From Obrimoposthia wandeli (Eukaryota): a stretch of DNA of 64,000 nt. Under the pieces are notes generated by a model. The model was not told the origin of the DNA. It searched no databases and saw only the letters and a list, made by a program, of their open reading frames with translations. The position numbers were made by a program, and so were the translations under genes. The stretch spans positions 62,001 through 126,000 of the forward strand of contig CDROCS010000452.1 in NCBI GenBank assembly GCA_977020255.1, given 5' to 3'. Shown here in pieces: positions 50,657-64,000 of the stretch (within the stretch, counting starts at the first letter, position 1; every line of letters starts with the position of its first letter).

Positions 50657-52849
50657 CTGTAAGAGGGAATGACAGCCATATAATCTAGGAAGCCCTGGGA
50701 GTTACATTCATACTGAGATAGCTTGGAAATAAAAAAAAGTATCCATATTTGGCAAAATTCAGCCCTAGCAAGGGGTATAATTGTATAATTACAATGCATC
50801 ATTCCAAATTAGGTTATGGGGAAATAGTAGAAGAAGTGAAATACATGATTCAATTCCTGGTCATGGCAACTTATTTTTTGTCGAACTAAACAAACACACA
50901 AAGAATAAAGTTCAAAATTCAAATAAAAGTCTCAATGGATAATAATAAGAACCATTACATAAAAAATGAATATTGGAATTCCTAATGAAAAGTATTCTGG
51001 TATGAGAATTTTTAATGAAATTATAGGAAAATATAGATTGAAGAGTTTTTAAATAAAGCATATCATGAAAATAAATTATCAAAACTGCGAAACATTTTCA
51101 CCACCGCCAGGTTTGTTTTCATGACAATGAAAGTACTGTATGTACATTGAATTATAATATATTTTCTTATATAAAAGTTTTAAAAAGAGAGTTAAAATGA
51201 GAAGGAAATAAAATAAAAACAAACCAACTACATTTATTGTTGAAATGGTCAAATTTAGCATTATTTTGAACCTTTAAATGAACATAAATTATCATCAGAA
51301 AATTTTCTTCAGTGCCTTTAATTCTGAATGCAATATGTATCTGTTTGGATTTTTTTTCTCTAACATTTCTGTTTTGGTTTGGCTTTTGTTTGTGTAACCT
51401 ATTGTCTTTATTTATAGATACAATTTATTGACAATTAACTTATTATTACAACTTTCAGATATCTTTTTCTTAACACTAATAAACATCTGTACAATAATTT
51501 CCCCCTTTATGCTGATTCTTACATAAAACATTTTCTTAAATAAATTTGAAAATGTTTGATTTTTTAAACAATTATTTTAATTTTTGTATTAATTATTTTC
51601 AGAATTTTTTCCCAATTCTTATAAATCTGCTTTTAGATGAAAATTCTGCTGAAAGCAGAAAATTGTTGCTCTGGTTATAAACATATATATTTTTAAACTA
51701 GAACACGAATTACGAAATCGACTACATTCGAATTTAAATATTTTAAATTATCATTAATTGCAATAATAATTAAAACATAACCTCGTTTAACGTCTCATAT
51801 GAATTCTTCTTACTGTTGTGAACTAATTTCATAAATTTTCATGTTTAGATAATAAAAATTTTATTTTGTCGTCTATTTTGTCGGCTATTTCCATGTATAG
51901 TTTATATGAGGTGTAATTTTATTTCATTATAAAAAAAATACACTTGTCTAGACAACAAGCTGCAAATAAAGTAGAAATTCAGGTATCCTTACTTGAATCC
52001 CACACAACATATTTTGGCACCATATTCAACATCATGTTTAATACACATCACTGCATTTTTTCAAGTGATGCACTTATTCAAAAGAAGTCAACTGTAAATT
52101 ACTGATCCATCAGCTGTCACTGTGCATAATTTTTGATTTTCTAAATATATAAACATAAAAGAGAATGTTTTCAGGTATGAACAGATTCCACACTTCAATA
52201 ATCAATATAATTGCTACAAAACTACTGTCGTTTTGCTCTGTACATGAAATTATAAAATGTTCTATTAATTTGGTAAATGATTCAGAACAATCAGATGGTT
52301 CAATTCCAAGTCCCCAAAGATATCGTTACAAAACCTATATAGGTAAATTTTATTCTGTATTCAACTATTGATAACAAGAATAATTTAAATGAAAACCATA
52401 TAGAATAATAAATCTTCTAATAACATTTGATAAAAATATCTTTATTATTGGTCCTCAGTTTAGTATTATTATTTAACCTATTTTATGGCGTTTTAAGAGT
52501 AAATTTTATTTCGATGAATTTTTACTGGTATAAAGTTCATCATTCTAAAATTCCCCAAATGTATCCCTCTCAGTTAACCCTAACCTTTTATTGAACTGAA
52601 CCATAACTATTTTTGTAAATTCTCTGCAGCACTCCTAACATAAGGTATATCCCTATATTTAACTCATATAAAAAATGAACAGTTGGGCTCAAAAACTATT
52701 CATTTACAATCAATGTGAATGATGTATTCTTTCTCTTTTCACAACTAGTCAATGTCCGGTTTTGTTGTTGTCGAACAGTTTCAATTGCAGCTCACGCTTC
52801 ACATGCAATCTATTTCTATATTGATTTTTCATGTACACGAGTTAAGAAA

Positions 52850-53070
52850 ACCCATTCTTGCGCTAATAAGATGACGGGAAATGCACTAAAAGGGCCAGAA
52901 CTTCATTTGAAAGATATGAAAAAATTCCCTGATGCTCATCTAAAAGTTTTCCACAGTTCAAGACTGGAAATGATTTCTCAGAGTAAAAATATTTCGAATC
53001 TCAACGAGGCTTTTATGCATTTCAAAGGCAAATTTTCAGTATCCTTTAATTTGGCTTTATATGGATGATG
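52850..53070 (+). mobile_element. piggyBac transposase fragment (first catalytic motif region)
   Basis: SKNISNLNEAFMHFKGKFSV resembles PG.N.S.DE.M..FKGR.S. Confidence 0.4.
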
Positions 53071-56000
53071 CGCTAATCGAAAAAGTTTTAAAATATTATG
53101 GAAGGCTGTAAAGAATAATTATAAAATTGAATTTTATTCCTCATAATCAAAAGTGAATTATTTAATTTTGTTTCCTATTAAAATGGGATGTTGATAACCC
53201 TAACAAAACGTAATGTATACAAATTTCTTATAGCGTAAATATTTAGACGCCATGCCCATTCAAGGTCACTAAAGCTGGATTAAAATAACTAATATTTTTG
53301 ACTTTCTTAAACATAAAAATTTCCAAATTCCTTTTGTATTTGGTAGCAAAGAGTAGCAAACTTAAATCAGAGCACAAATAATTACTTTATGGTTTAATAA
53401 TACTATTTTATGGTTATTTTTTGTAATTTTATCGCACATACAATTGTATCTGATTTTCTGCAAAACAGCAAGGCATAACAACCCATATTTTGTTTTATTT
53501 ACAGAATTATATTTACGGTATATACTTGAAATCCGTACATTTCTAAAGAAAATTAAAAAATATTTTGTAAAACAGATTTCTTGCCAAATACAAAGCAAAT
53601 ATATTATACCAAACAAAATAAAGTAATCCAGTTAATGTAGAAGACTTTCTGTACTATGATGTTTTGCTTTCAGATACCAATTAAAATAGCACCAAGTTAT
53701 TAAAATTCAAAATTAAATTCTCATTTAGAAGGGTGATCATTTGCCATCAGTTGTAGAGTAATTTTTGTTTAAAAAATACATTTATTTCCTAGTGTGTTTG
53801 AGGTGTGCGTTTAGACAGAAAATGTTTCTGTTCGAAGCAATTTTCCCAATTTTATCGAAACAGATTATCAGTAATTGTGAACAAGCCGGTTAGCATTTTT
53901 TGTGAATTATGATAAACTATACATTTGAACTGAATTAACTGCCGGGAAATACTTGAAAAAAGTATTTAGTATTAAAGTCAAATTCATATTTGTATAAACG
54001 TCTAGAAATTGAAATTTCAAGTTTAATTAATTTGAGATAAATTACAGTATTATGAAGTTGGTAATTCTAAGATCTAAATCGAATAAATACGACTGTATTT
54101 TCCAGGTATATGCGTACACGCTTTACAATAATTTGCATTTAACTGTTAGAAAGTGTTGACGAATTCTGAAGAGATATCATAACGCTTTAGATTAGAAAAT
54201 AACACAAACAAATGCTCAAAGTTACTGATTTATAAAGTGCCTACGATTTTTAAGAAATGGACGCATATTAAATATATGTTGTATTACATATCGAATCATA
54301 AATTTTATTTAACTTTATGTTTATTGAGTTTCTTTAATCTTCTTCTCTGATCCATTGTCTCATATTCATACCCATCAAATATTTAAATATACAATCGGTT
54401 ATTTCAAAGCTAAGCTTAACTTGTATTGGAATTCTGATTGCGCACATAAACTACGGAACAGTATTCATTCATGTCTATAAAGACCTCTACACCCTCTTCT
54501 TTCCTTTGGGATCCTATATACTTATCTGACAATGACTTCGAATTTGCTTAAAAAGCAATAAAATAAATATATTTAAACAACAACAAAAATAAGTTACATT
54601 TTTAATCGTAAACAAAATATTATATTAAAGTAATTTTATCTTGAAATCATAATGGGGATATTTAATTTTTTATAAACTAGAAAACAACGTCAAAAATGAT
54701 TAAAACGATTATTATTAGAGTCACCTGAGTCATCAATTTTCAGCGGAAGAATCGTTGGATATCAGAAACAGCGTGTGTATCGAGGCAGCAAGAAGTAGCA
54801 AACAGTATCTCATAAACAGCAGCGAGTGCAAGCAATAACTACAGAAATCGAACAACATCGATTAATCGTGGGAGTTGTTGCAGAAAGTATATTAGCAGTA
54901 AGATAGAAAATGAAAACTGAAGACTGAAGTCAGAATTGGAATTATAATTTTCACAAGTTAAAAAAGCTCCACTAGGCGACTAAGCTTTACAATTCGAACA
55001 AACTACCACTAGGATTATTGAGAATAAAGACAAAAGCCATACATGACAAACATACAATAACATTCAGATAATTGAGACCATACAGGATAGGCCTTCCACA
55101 CTAGTAATATACCTATTAAGAACTCACGAACTAGAAGCGTAACAACTCAAGTCCCAACATCATTTGTAACCTCAAGAGTGAGAAAGTTTTTGATGAACAA
55201 ATTAATGTTAAGAAATTTATAGTTTGGTAACAAATTTTTTGTGCTGTTTGATTACTAACAAAGCTGGCGAACATCATTGGAAATAGTTTGTTTTGACAAA
55301 CTACTTTCCCATTTAAATTTTAGATACATGTTAGATTACCATTTGTTGTGTATACTTTTAAGACTATATTGACGTATCTGGAACATAAGTTTGTTTACCC
55401 CGAGCAGCTCCACCAGATAATTTTATGAGGGGTTGTGGTGAAAATTTGTTTCATCCAGGGGAGCCCTTAAGTAATTTGTTTTTAAACTGACAAAATTTTC
55501 AGTTGAAATCAGGTTTGAACCCATGTTTACTGGATAGTAAGACTATTTGATTACTGAATTTAGTAAGGATATTCTGAATAAATTACGTAATTTCTGGGAT
55601 ATCCCCATTGGCTCTACGAAATAAAAGAAAGAATATCAAATAAAATGGGTAACAAAACTCTGCAGTTTAAAAAGTGAAAGAATCGTATAAAAGAAATTAA
55701 TTTCTCCGATGTTTAGTGACATTTAGTGGATGTTTAGACTCATAAAACACATTTAATATTTTTAATTCAATTATACACCAAAGAATCGGTGTATCTGCGT
55801 TTCTATTCACTGGATTGGACCGATACAGCCAGGAAATGTCTTAAATTTCCGAACTTTCTCAAGCGAGATAGCAGATGAAAAATATTCATTAAAAAACATC
55901 AGGAAAAGAAATCAATCTTAGACTCTAATTTACCGGATTTGGAAATTAGTTTTCGTCGTCTAAATCATCTTAATGTGGTCTAGTCACTAGACTCTAGTGG

Positions 56001-57469
56001 ACAATGCAATCAATCTATCTGTGCTGTGCATCAGGTTTCCCCGGGTTGAAGCTCTAATGAACTGAAGAGTCGGCCTCACGCAGGCATGTCTCAGGCAACT
56101 GATTTGTCAAGACCAGCGTTTGTCAACTTTGTTCTCAATGTAGCCATTTTCGTTACTGAAACAATTGTGTGACTACTTAAAATTTATTTCGCATTTGATA
56201 TGTGTGCTTAATGACAGAATATATCTATGATATTTTTATATATTTTTATAACTTCAATTTATTTAAAGTCAAGGTTAAAATTGATACACTTTTTACAAAA
56301 TATTATTAAAGAGTTATAAAATTAAATTTGACATTTTACCAGTTTTAAAAAGCTTCGATGAATGAAATACATTAAAAGAAATATATATTAAAGCCAATTA
56401 TTAAAAACTATTGATATACTCTATTAAATAAGTTCTTTTATTTAAGAAAAATAAGAAAATTAAAATTGAATTAAAAATCCACACAACTTCAGACAACTTC
56501 AGACATCCTCAAAGAAAAAGCATTTAATATAAAATTTCATTCGACAGAGCGTCGATGGAAGATTTTTAGAACAATATATTTATAAAAATGGCGTAACATT
56601 TAAAAAAGTACAATATCAAGTAAGTAACGCCTTTTTATAAGTCTATTGTCTGTTACATTTTCATGATGATAATGCCTGGAGCACAAACATTAAGTAACAT
56701 TTTATTTTAATTTGGCCTTAGATACAGAGATGTAACGCCAATTCTACGTGGCATTATTTCAATATAGTCTAAATATTTATAAATCGGCATAGAAAAGTAA
56801 ATAAATCACACAAACAATAAAATGTTTTTAATAAACTGTATTATTTACAAAGCCAATAGAAATCAGCTATCATTCTTTCGTCAACTCGACCTGTGTTACA
56901 GTTTTCCATTGTACTAATAGTTTCATTCTTACAGGACAATATTCCAAGTAATATACACGCCTATTTTGGTTAAATTTTATTCATAATAACTCATTGATCT
57001 ATTTTCCAGAACATTTTTTGTCAAATGTCTAAACTGTTTTATTTTGCTATCCATAAACTTATTTTATCCAGGGAAATTCTTAGCTGTAGTACCATTTTTA
57101 GAGAAAATAATTAGAAATAAGCTCTGCTAAAAACCGAAATGTTTGCTCTTATAACAATAATCCAGCCACAAATCATATTTTAAAATTCAGGAAACTAGAC
57201 TCTAGACTCTGTGGTGTGTTGGCCAGCCATAAAGGGTCACAACCATACCTTCAAACCATTCTCAACTCAATCCTTATGGTGTGGACGACCACCCTTATAT
57301 GATTACGCAATCAATTTCGGTATACACACATTCACTTCCGGTTATGACGTAAAGGGATAGGGTACTCCTTCCCCCTAGTGGTCTGGACTACATCAAAGTA
57401 CCTACTATTTTATACCGTTCCCCCTGAACATATGTTTGGATTATATCCCCCCTTAAAAAATAACGTATT

Positions 57470-58150
57470 TTAAAAAAAATTATCATTTTTATTTGAGAAA
57501 AACATAAGAATGATGCTTCTTTCTTGTTTACTAATAATGTGTTCAATTCTTACTTCACGTGAACTGACAGCAATTCTTAAGTCCTTTTCAAGATCTAGTC
57601 TGTTTCTCTATTTATTCTTAAATACTGTTATTTGACTGAATGCGGCCTCACCCTCCCACGATGTTGGAGATACTAATAACTTTTTTAAAGCAGCTTCTTA
57701 AATCTCAAAACTGCATTTTCACGTGACAACCATCTTACAGCAGTAAAATATATAAGTCTTGTCTCCTTTCCTTTTCTTCACATAATTGAAAGAATAGTTT
57801 TCAAACAGATTGTTTGGATTTTATTGAGTTTATTATAATTACAATTTTCTGAAACACATATGAAAATTCATCAGGAATTATTTTACTTGAAAGAACCTGT
57901 CTAAACATTATGTCAAAATGTACCAATACAAATTGTTATTCTAACTCCTTTCATTCCTATCTCTAGAATTTAGAAATTCTCCACAGTTTGGGAATCCCTT
58001 CTCTAGATCAATATTTATGTTTCCCTGCGTCTCCATTTTCCATCTTTTGACAGAGGTCATCATACTCTGCTTATCATTTACAGATCATACGAAGATTTCC
58101 ATTTTTCTCTTTGCAGAAAGAAGTAAGAAAAATTTCCTTTTTCAACACTT
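57470..58150 (-). mobile_element. Internally deleted hAT (Buster/Charlie-like) transposon
   Basis: YFTAVRWLSR (compare HTEVRWLSRG) is joined almost directly to PTSWEGEAAFSQITVFKNK*RNRLDLEKDLRIAVS, the hAT dimerization domain. Confidence 0.85.
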
Positions 58151-59559
58151 ATTCTGACGGCTAAAACAATTAAAATTTAAAAAATATCTTACTTTAATTT
58201 ATTATTATTTTAAATTAAAAGTCTCTGAAAATAATATAATTTCGTTTTTGATAAATATGGCTTATTTTAGGGGAAATGCCACAGTTTTTGTTCAAATAGG
58301 TATAAATGTCGTAATCATCCATCAAAAAGGAATCCTTTTAAAATGAGAACAAATATACCAATATGTCAAATGGATACTCTTGTGTTTAGCAAATTCTCGA
58401 GAAATGACGTAATATAGTAGATCCTTCAGTCTGAGTTCTGAAAGATGCATATACTCCTCCTTAAAATGATTTAAAAAAAGCGAATGATCAATTAAATCTA
58501 ATTTTAGAAAACATCTGTGGAAAATCTTAGAAATTGAAACGCAACAAAATTCACGAAATGAATTAATACAGATGTTCAATATGGCAGAGAGTGTAGAAGA
58601 AAAATTGAAATTCTGAAATGTCGCGCTTCGCTGACATAGTTAACTGCTTGATCATTTCGAGCAGACAGTAAACTCAATCACGGAATCAAGAAGAGACGTT
58701 TGCTGAAACTTATGTTTCGAGTTAGATCTCTGTGGGGTTACTAATGATGTGATGGTGAATTATGATAATCCCAGCACTCCTTATTGAGTAGCTTTCAATT
58801 TTAACTTTCACCACAGTTTTGTATTCTATTTCGGACTTTATATATACACTGGTACAATTTACAGGCTCAATTTCATATTCTTCACGTTAGCAATAGGAGG
58901 GGACACAAGTCCTTCTCGTGTGTTAAATTCCAATTTGAATAACCTTACAATTCCGTTGATAACACGCAGGACTGAAGTGACACATAGTTTTCTATTTTTA
59001 AATAAAAATCTGATTTTAAGAACAAGGGTATTATTTGAATTTTTATATTTCGACTGAAATAAATTTATCATTGAATATTATACACTTTCATAATTATTAA
59101 AATGGATTTTAAACCGAAAAATAAGAAAAGGAAAAATTGTAGACAACCGCAAGACAATGAGAAACTATTGAATTTGCAGAAAATAAATATATCAGCGAAG
59201 ATATTTGTATTAAAAATGGTTTCTGAACATAGAAAATGTTATGACAATCAGTTTTATAACGTTTCTAATGATAGAGAAGATGAGAAAATTACATAACAGA
59301 ACTGTCTTAGATGACTTGATAATTAAATCAGATCTAGAAGTGATTTATTAAACAAATTTTGATTGAGAAAAAGTTTAACAATTTGCAATTAATTACGTAA
59401 TGGTTTGTAATGGTATGAGTTGCGTAATAATAATGTAAAACAATTAATTCGTTGTATTTCGTTAGACGGAATTTTAGAGTTTATTAAATATCCCCACACT
59501 CTTAAATTATATCAGAAAACAATTGCTAATTTCATTCAGAACGCATTATTAACTGTTGT

Positions 59560-60010
59560 GTGACAAATAGCGATTCTAAAATAGGTTCCACGGTTGTTTC
59601 GAACGGGCCTTTTTTAATGTATGACGTTTCAGACTTTCCAGATTTTTGTTGGTAGAAAATGGTGTTCCTTCTAATAGATTTTTGGGTCAATTATAAAAAT
59701 AATAATTTGAATTCTAATGCAAAGAATCTGAACAGTCTGAATCAGTTGTTTGCGTTATGTGAGATGCCCAAACGAATAGTCACCGATAATGGCTCATCAT
59801 TTAGCAGCAAAGAGTTTGAGGATTACCTGAATAAGTTAGGTATAAAACACATTTTCTAGTGTATATTATCTGCAATCGAATGGGATTGTCGAAAGATGTC
59901 ACGAAACTATCAAAACCAGAAGTGGTAAATTATTCTTCATTGTATACGACATACATGAAGTGATTCAACGAGTTCTTTCTGATATTAGATCGACTATTGC
60001 AACTAATAAT
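59560..60010 (+). mobile_element. Gypsy integrase (RVE core) fragment
   Basis: LNQLFALCEMPKRIVTDNGSSFSSKEFEDYLNKLGIKHI/YYLQSNGIVERCHETIK. Confidence 0.88.
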
Positions 60011-60499
60011 AAAAGTAGGCGTTAAAATTGCTTAGTATCCGGATAGTATTTGAAAACGCTCTGATAAATTATAATATATATTTAAAATTGATAAACAACA
60101 CAATTAAAATAAAGTTGTCGGGATATGTTGTATAATAATAGATTTTCGGTGTATATTAATAAATTTTATTTTGTATTGATTGCATTTAGAAGCATGTCAA
60201 TTTATTGTATTTTTAATAGCTTTAAAAATCGTTAAATAAGGTTACGAATTGAAATCATAATATATAGCTGATGCGTTTATGACTTGGGACTTTTGTTTGG
60301 AATTATTTCTGGATTAAACACACACACATAGTACCATTATAAAAGAAACAATTACAATCAAACACCCTTTACTCAACACACTTTTACACTAACTGATTCG
60401 ATTCAAGCCAGTGATGAAGCGCTCTGGTTGGCTTCACACATATATTCTGAATGATTTTCTGTATTTATTCCATCTACTTATTTCCTGATGCAGTTTATT

Positions 60500-61230
60500 T
60501 TATTCTAGATGGTACTCATGACACTGGTACTTGAAATGAATTGATTTGTGACAATGAAAGCATTGTCACATTTGAACAATCTGCTCTTATATGGCCTGAC
60601 TCTCTGCAAGCCCAACATCTGAGTCATTTCTGTAAAAACTTTTTCTGTGTTCTTTATCTGATCGATTTTGATCAAATGTTTTTGGCACATTTTGATCATA
60701 ACGACTCTTTATTCTCAATTGCCATAAGTAAAATGAACTTCTTCAATTCTTCTGCATTCGTACACATTATCTAAATTGAAGATCCTTTCCATTTCTTCCA
60801 CAAAAGTCATTATTTTATCACCGATTCCAAATTCCTCACGTATTGTGACAAAATTTCCCAAACCTGCAAACAGGGTGGCCATTTTAGAATAAGTACGATG
60901 AGTATTCATTACACAATGCATTTATTAACAATTCTCCCAAACAGCAACGAACGATGAGAATTTGATGCTTGCAATGTTCTGAGCAATATTCAAACATACA
61001 TCATCAAAATGGCAACAATAAATATAGCTCATTAACGAAACTATTCAAATCCTTTCCTTTGTTGAGACATGTTTCATCAATCACATCATAGTTGTTAACA
61101 TTTTGTTTTGTTCAAACAAACCTTAAGATATATATATATATTAATTATCTTCAATTTGATGTGCATAAGTTTCAAAGGGTCTTTCAGAAAATTTTATTTC
61201 AAATATGGTAGATCTTTCGTTGCCTTAATA
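60500..61230 (-). mobile_element. LTR-retrotransposon gag remnant with intact CCHC knuckle
   Basis: 60617-60576 on the minus strand reads CWACRESGHIRADC (CX2CX4HX4C), followed by a decayed FKC second knuckle. Confidence 0.75.
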
Positions 61231-62886
61231 CAAATATATATTAGTTCTGAGTTCTAGATAAACAACAACAATGCATGTTTCAAAAGAAAATTGATGTTAT
61301 TTGAAAAGTTACAGAAATCATTTGATAAAAATCTTCTCGTCTTAACAACTTACATTAATATAGTGAAATATTTCGCTATACTCACTTTCAACTTTATGAA
61401 GCAACACCACAAATTCGCAATGATTTAGCGGATAAAGTTTATTGTGTTAAATACTGTTTCTATATAATTATTTATCTGTGTTTTTGTGTGGCAAAATGAG
61501 TTAAATATGATCCAGGGCCACCAGTTTGAGGCCACTCGTTTTCAGAACAGCAGCTGTATTCCATAAAAATCAAGTTTGATTTAAATCCCTAGAAACCCCA
61601 GCATATTGAATTATGGCAGCCTCTAATCTGATTTAGACTGACTGGACCATCTGCTGTCACACCGCCGTCAAGATCACCGCAAAATTGCCCAACTTCTCCC
61701 ACCCAAAGCATCACTGTCCAACGACATCCCATTTCTTCTAGTACCCGACATTTGCGTGCCTTATAAATTGATATTTTCCAGTGCTGCAAAAACTATTTAA
61801 CAAGACAACATTTTAAATTAAACGTCATTGCTCTTGACATGAAGTACAAAAGTCGTGCATTCGGGAATCTTGTTAGAGTATTTATCTAATTGAGGTTTAG
61901 TGCATATGTCTAAACCTACATAAAACCAGATAAAACTAAATAAAAATTTTCAATTTTTTTTATATTTCATCCCAAAAGGACTTTTTCACCTACAGTTTTG
62001 TATGTAACCTTACAAGATTACGCTGTAATTTCTTGAAATTTAAGTATGTTAGAGATAACAAAAATGTTTGGTGTTGGTTATTTTGAAGTCATTTATTAAT
62101 ACGGATTTGTTTAACTATGTTAATAAACAGGAGCACTTCAATAATTTAATTCATAATGTTCTTTTCTCTTTGGTTACTTCCAATAATCGCTCAAAAGTCT
62201 TTGTAACATTTTATCGAAAAATCTTTGTTTATCGAAATTATTTTTGAATATTTTGTAGAAATTTAATAAACATTTGGTAAAGTACATTTTATTACATGGC
62301 TTGCACATATAATTAATTATTTTTGTTGACTAACTACAGCACAAAAACATTTTAACACATACAATTAATTTACAAATATAATCAAAAGAATAAGATCAAT
62401 AATTTCTTTTTAATAAATGATCCAAATATAAGTCATTAATTGTCTAGGAAAAAAGTATACTAATTCAAAATTTTAAACGGAGATATCAGTTTAACTTCTC
62501 TCTGAATTTTCTTTTTACTTGAAAAAGTTGAAGATTTAGGACATTTGCTATACATTTCTGTTGATATTATTTCCCAGTTGTTCTCGATTATATTTAAATC
62601 GAAAGAATTTACCGACTATTCAATACTTTTCACATTATTTGCATTGACCTGCTGAAATAAGACATTGCTATCCCTTAAAATGGGGAGTAAACTTTCTTAC
62701 AATATACCACAATAATTTTGTGATTTTTTTACTATAAACAAAATTAAATTATAAAATACCACTCATTCTATTTGCAGTCCAAATCATGATACATAGAGAA
62801 ATTTGAAAACATCAATAAATTGGAGCTCTTCGTGGATATCGGATGTAAAATATGTATATATTCGTGAAGATATTTTTTTTTGAAAA

Positions 62887-63020
62887 ATTTAATTGTGATC
62901 GTATGTGAACTTAATACAAAGTTGGAGTATTTAATTGTGATCGTATGTGAACTTAATACAAAGTTGGAGTATTTAATTGTGATCGTATGTGAACTTAATA
63001 CAAAGTTGGAGTATTTAATT
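62887..63020. repeat. Perfect 42-bp tandem repeat, 3.2 copies
   Basis: ATTTAATTGTGATCGTATGTGAACTTAATACAAAGTTGGAGT three times, plus ATTTAATT. Confidence 0.97.
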
Positions 63021-64000
63021 TTTAAATCATCCAAGAAAATTACTTTAAAAAATCTCCAAACCCCAGTTTACTAACCCCAGTTTATCCCTTGTCCTTGATA
63101 GATGATTTATTTATTTTTGCCTCTCTTATAATAAGTCAATTTTGTATTTTATTCAGACTCTTTCAGGTCGTTTCCATATTTGGTAAATTATGATATTTTT
63201 TCACCGTTTTAGTGTTTCCATAAATATATTTTAGTTTCTTCTTCTTATAAGCGTTTATTATACAGCCTATCAATACAAAGAAACTTATAAAAATTATTAA
63301 TATAGGTATATTTTTGGGACAATTTAAACTCTCAAATATATTGATTTCAATAATTAATAAACTTAAACAAAACTGCAACGAAAGAGTTTTTTCAAAATAT
63401 GGTTAAACTTTATTCAAAAAAAAAATTTTTGAAACATTTCATTTAAAATTCTAGACATCTTTTTGGAAAGCACTATCTAAACAAATCAGAAATCAAAATG
63501 AATCATTTTTAAAAAACAACTTTTTTACTCATTTGTGATATGTTAAAATTTTAAACAAACGTGTGAACTATTTTCGGAAACAAATGGGAGAACTATAAAT
63601 AAAGTATTCATAATTATAAAAGTTACAAAGCATATCAACACAGCTTTAATGGATACAAATGTGTAAACAAAGGATGTTATTAAAATTACCTAACGTACAA
63701 ATTTTCTGTACTCACTACAAGTTCATTGATGAAATATATGTATGCTCAATTGAATACCAGGGTGGCTCTGTCTCATTACAAAGTAGAAAGTGATAAACTA
63801 ACTACACCTAATTCAACTGCATAGTGGCATAAAAGCAATGCAGAAAATATATAAAAATAATAAATAGTAAAATTTACTAATGAAATCAGCATCTAACCTA
63901 AATCAATGATGCCGCGAAACCTGTTTAATTACCTACTACACCTGACTCATCTCAATGTACTTTACGAATATGTATCATCTTGATTTTACTAAGAATAAAA

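Noticed and set aside
50332-50802. 156-aa minus-strand ORF and the plus-strand Pro-rich ORFs over the GC block
   Set aside because: These are alternative frames kept open by high GC. Only the 50286-50597 frame is open across the whole exon and phase-compatible with the next SK exon.
55500-55545. tRNA gene or SINE (B-box-like GGGTTCAAACC on the minus strand)
   Set aside because: No cloverleaf or clear A box could be built, so it is too weak to call.
55780-56030. GQCNQSICAVH as a piggyBac Cys-rich tail
   Set aside because: A single short motif with no supporting upstream similarity.
61589-61789. GC-richer minus-strand ORF as a candidate upstream SK exon
   Set aside because: No clear acceptor and phase-1 donor pair, and no family similarity.
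62887-63020. CRISPR-like array
   Set aside because: The units are contiguous with no spacers, and the context is eukaryotic with no cas genes.

Overview
AT-rich animal genomic DNA, not prokaryotic. One host gene spans most of the window on the minus strand: a divergent small-conductance Ca2+-activated K+ channel (SK/KCNN family). Five exons splice in phase: 50656-50290, 16649-16454, 13928-13833, 12013-11905 and 3624-3327. I did not find the pore or calmodulin-binding exons, which probably lie beyond position 1. The introns hold many decayed transposons: Gypsy and BEL LTR elements, LINEs, piggyBac, hAT, Tc1/mariner, a MULE with a 9-bp TSD, and MITEs. The most notable object is a ~4 kb decayed Polinton/Maverick (adintovirus-like) fragment at ~24700-28600, inside the 33.6-kb intron. 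Its packaging ATPase and chromodomain integrase are clearly recognisable. The same cassette also carries a compact TATA-binding-protein (TBP)-like gene split by a 40-nt GT-AG intron, a tail-anchored membrane protein, a very basic ORF and two divergently oriented unknown ORFs. All family assignments come from manual translation and motif recognition; no searches were run.
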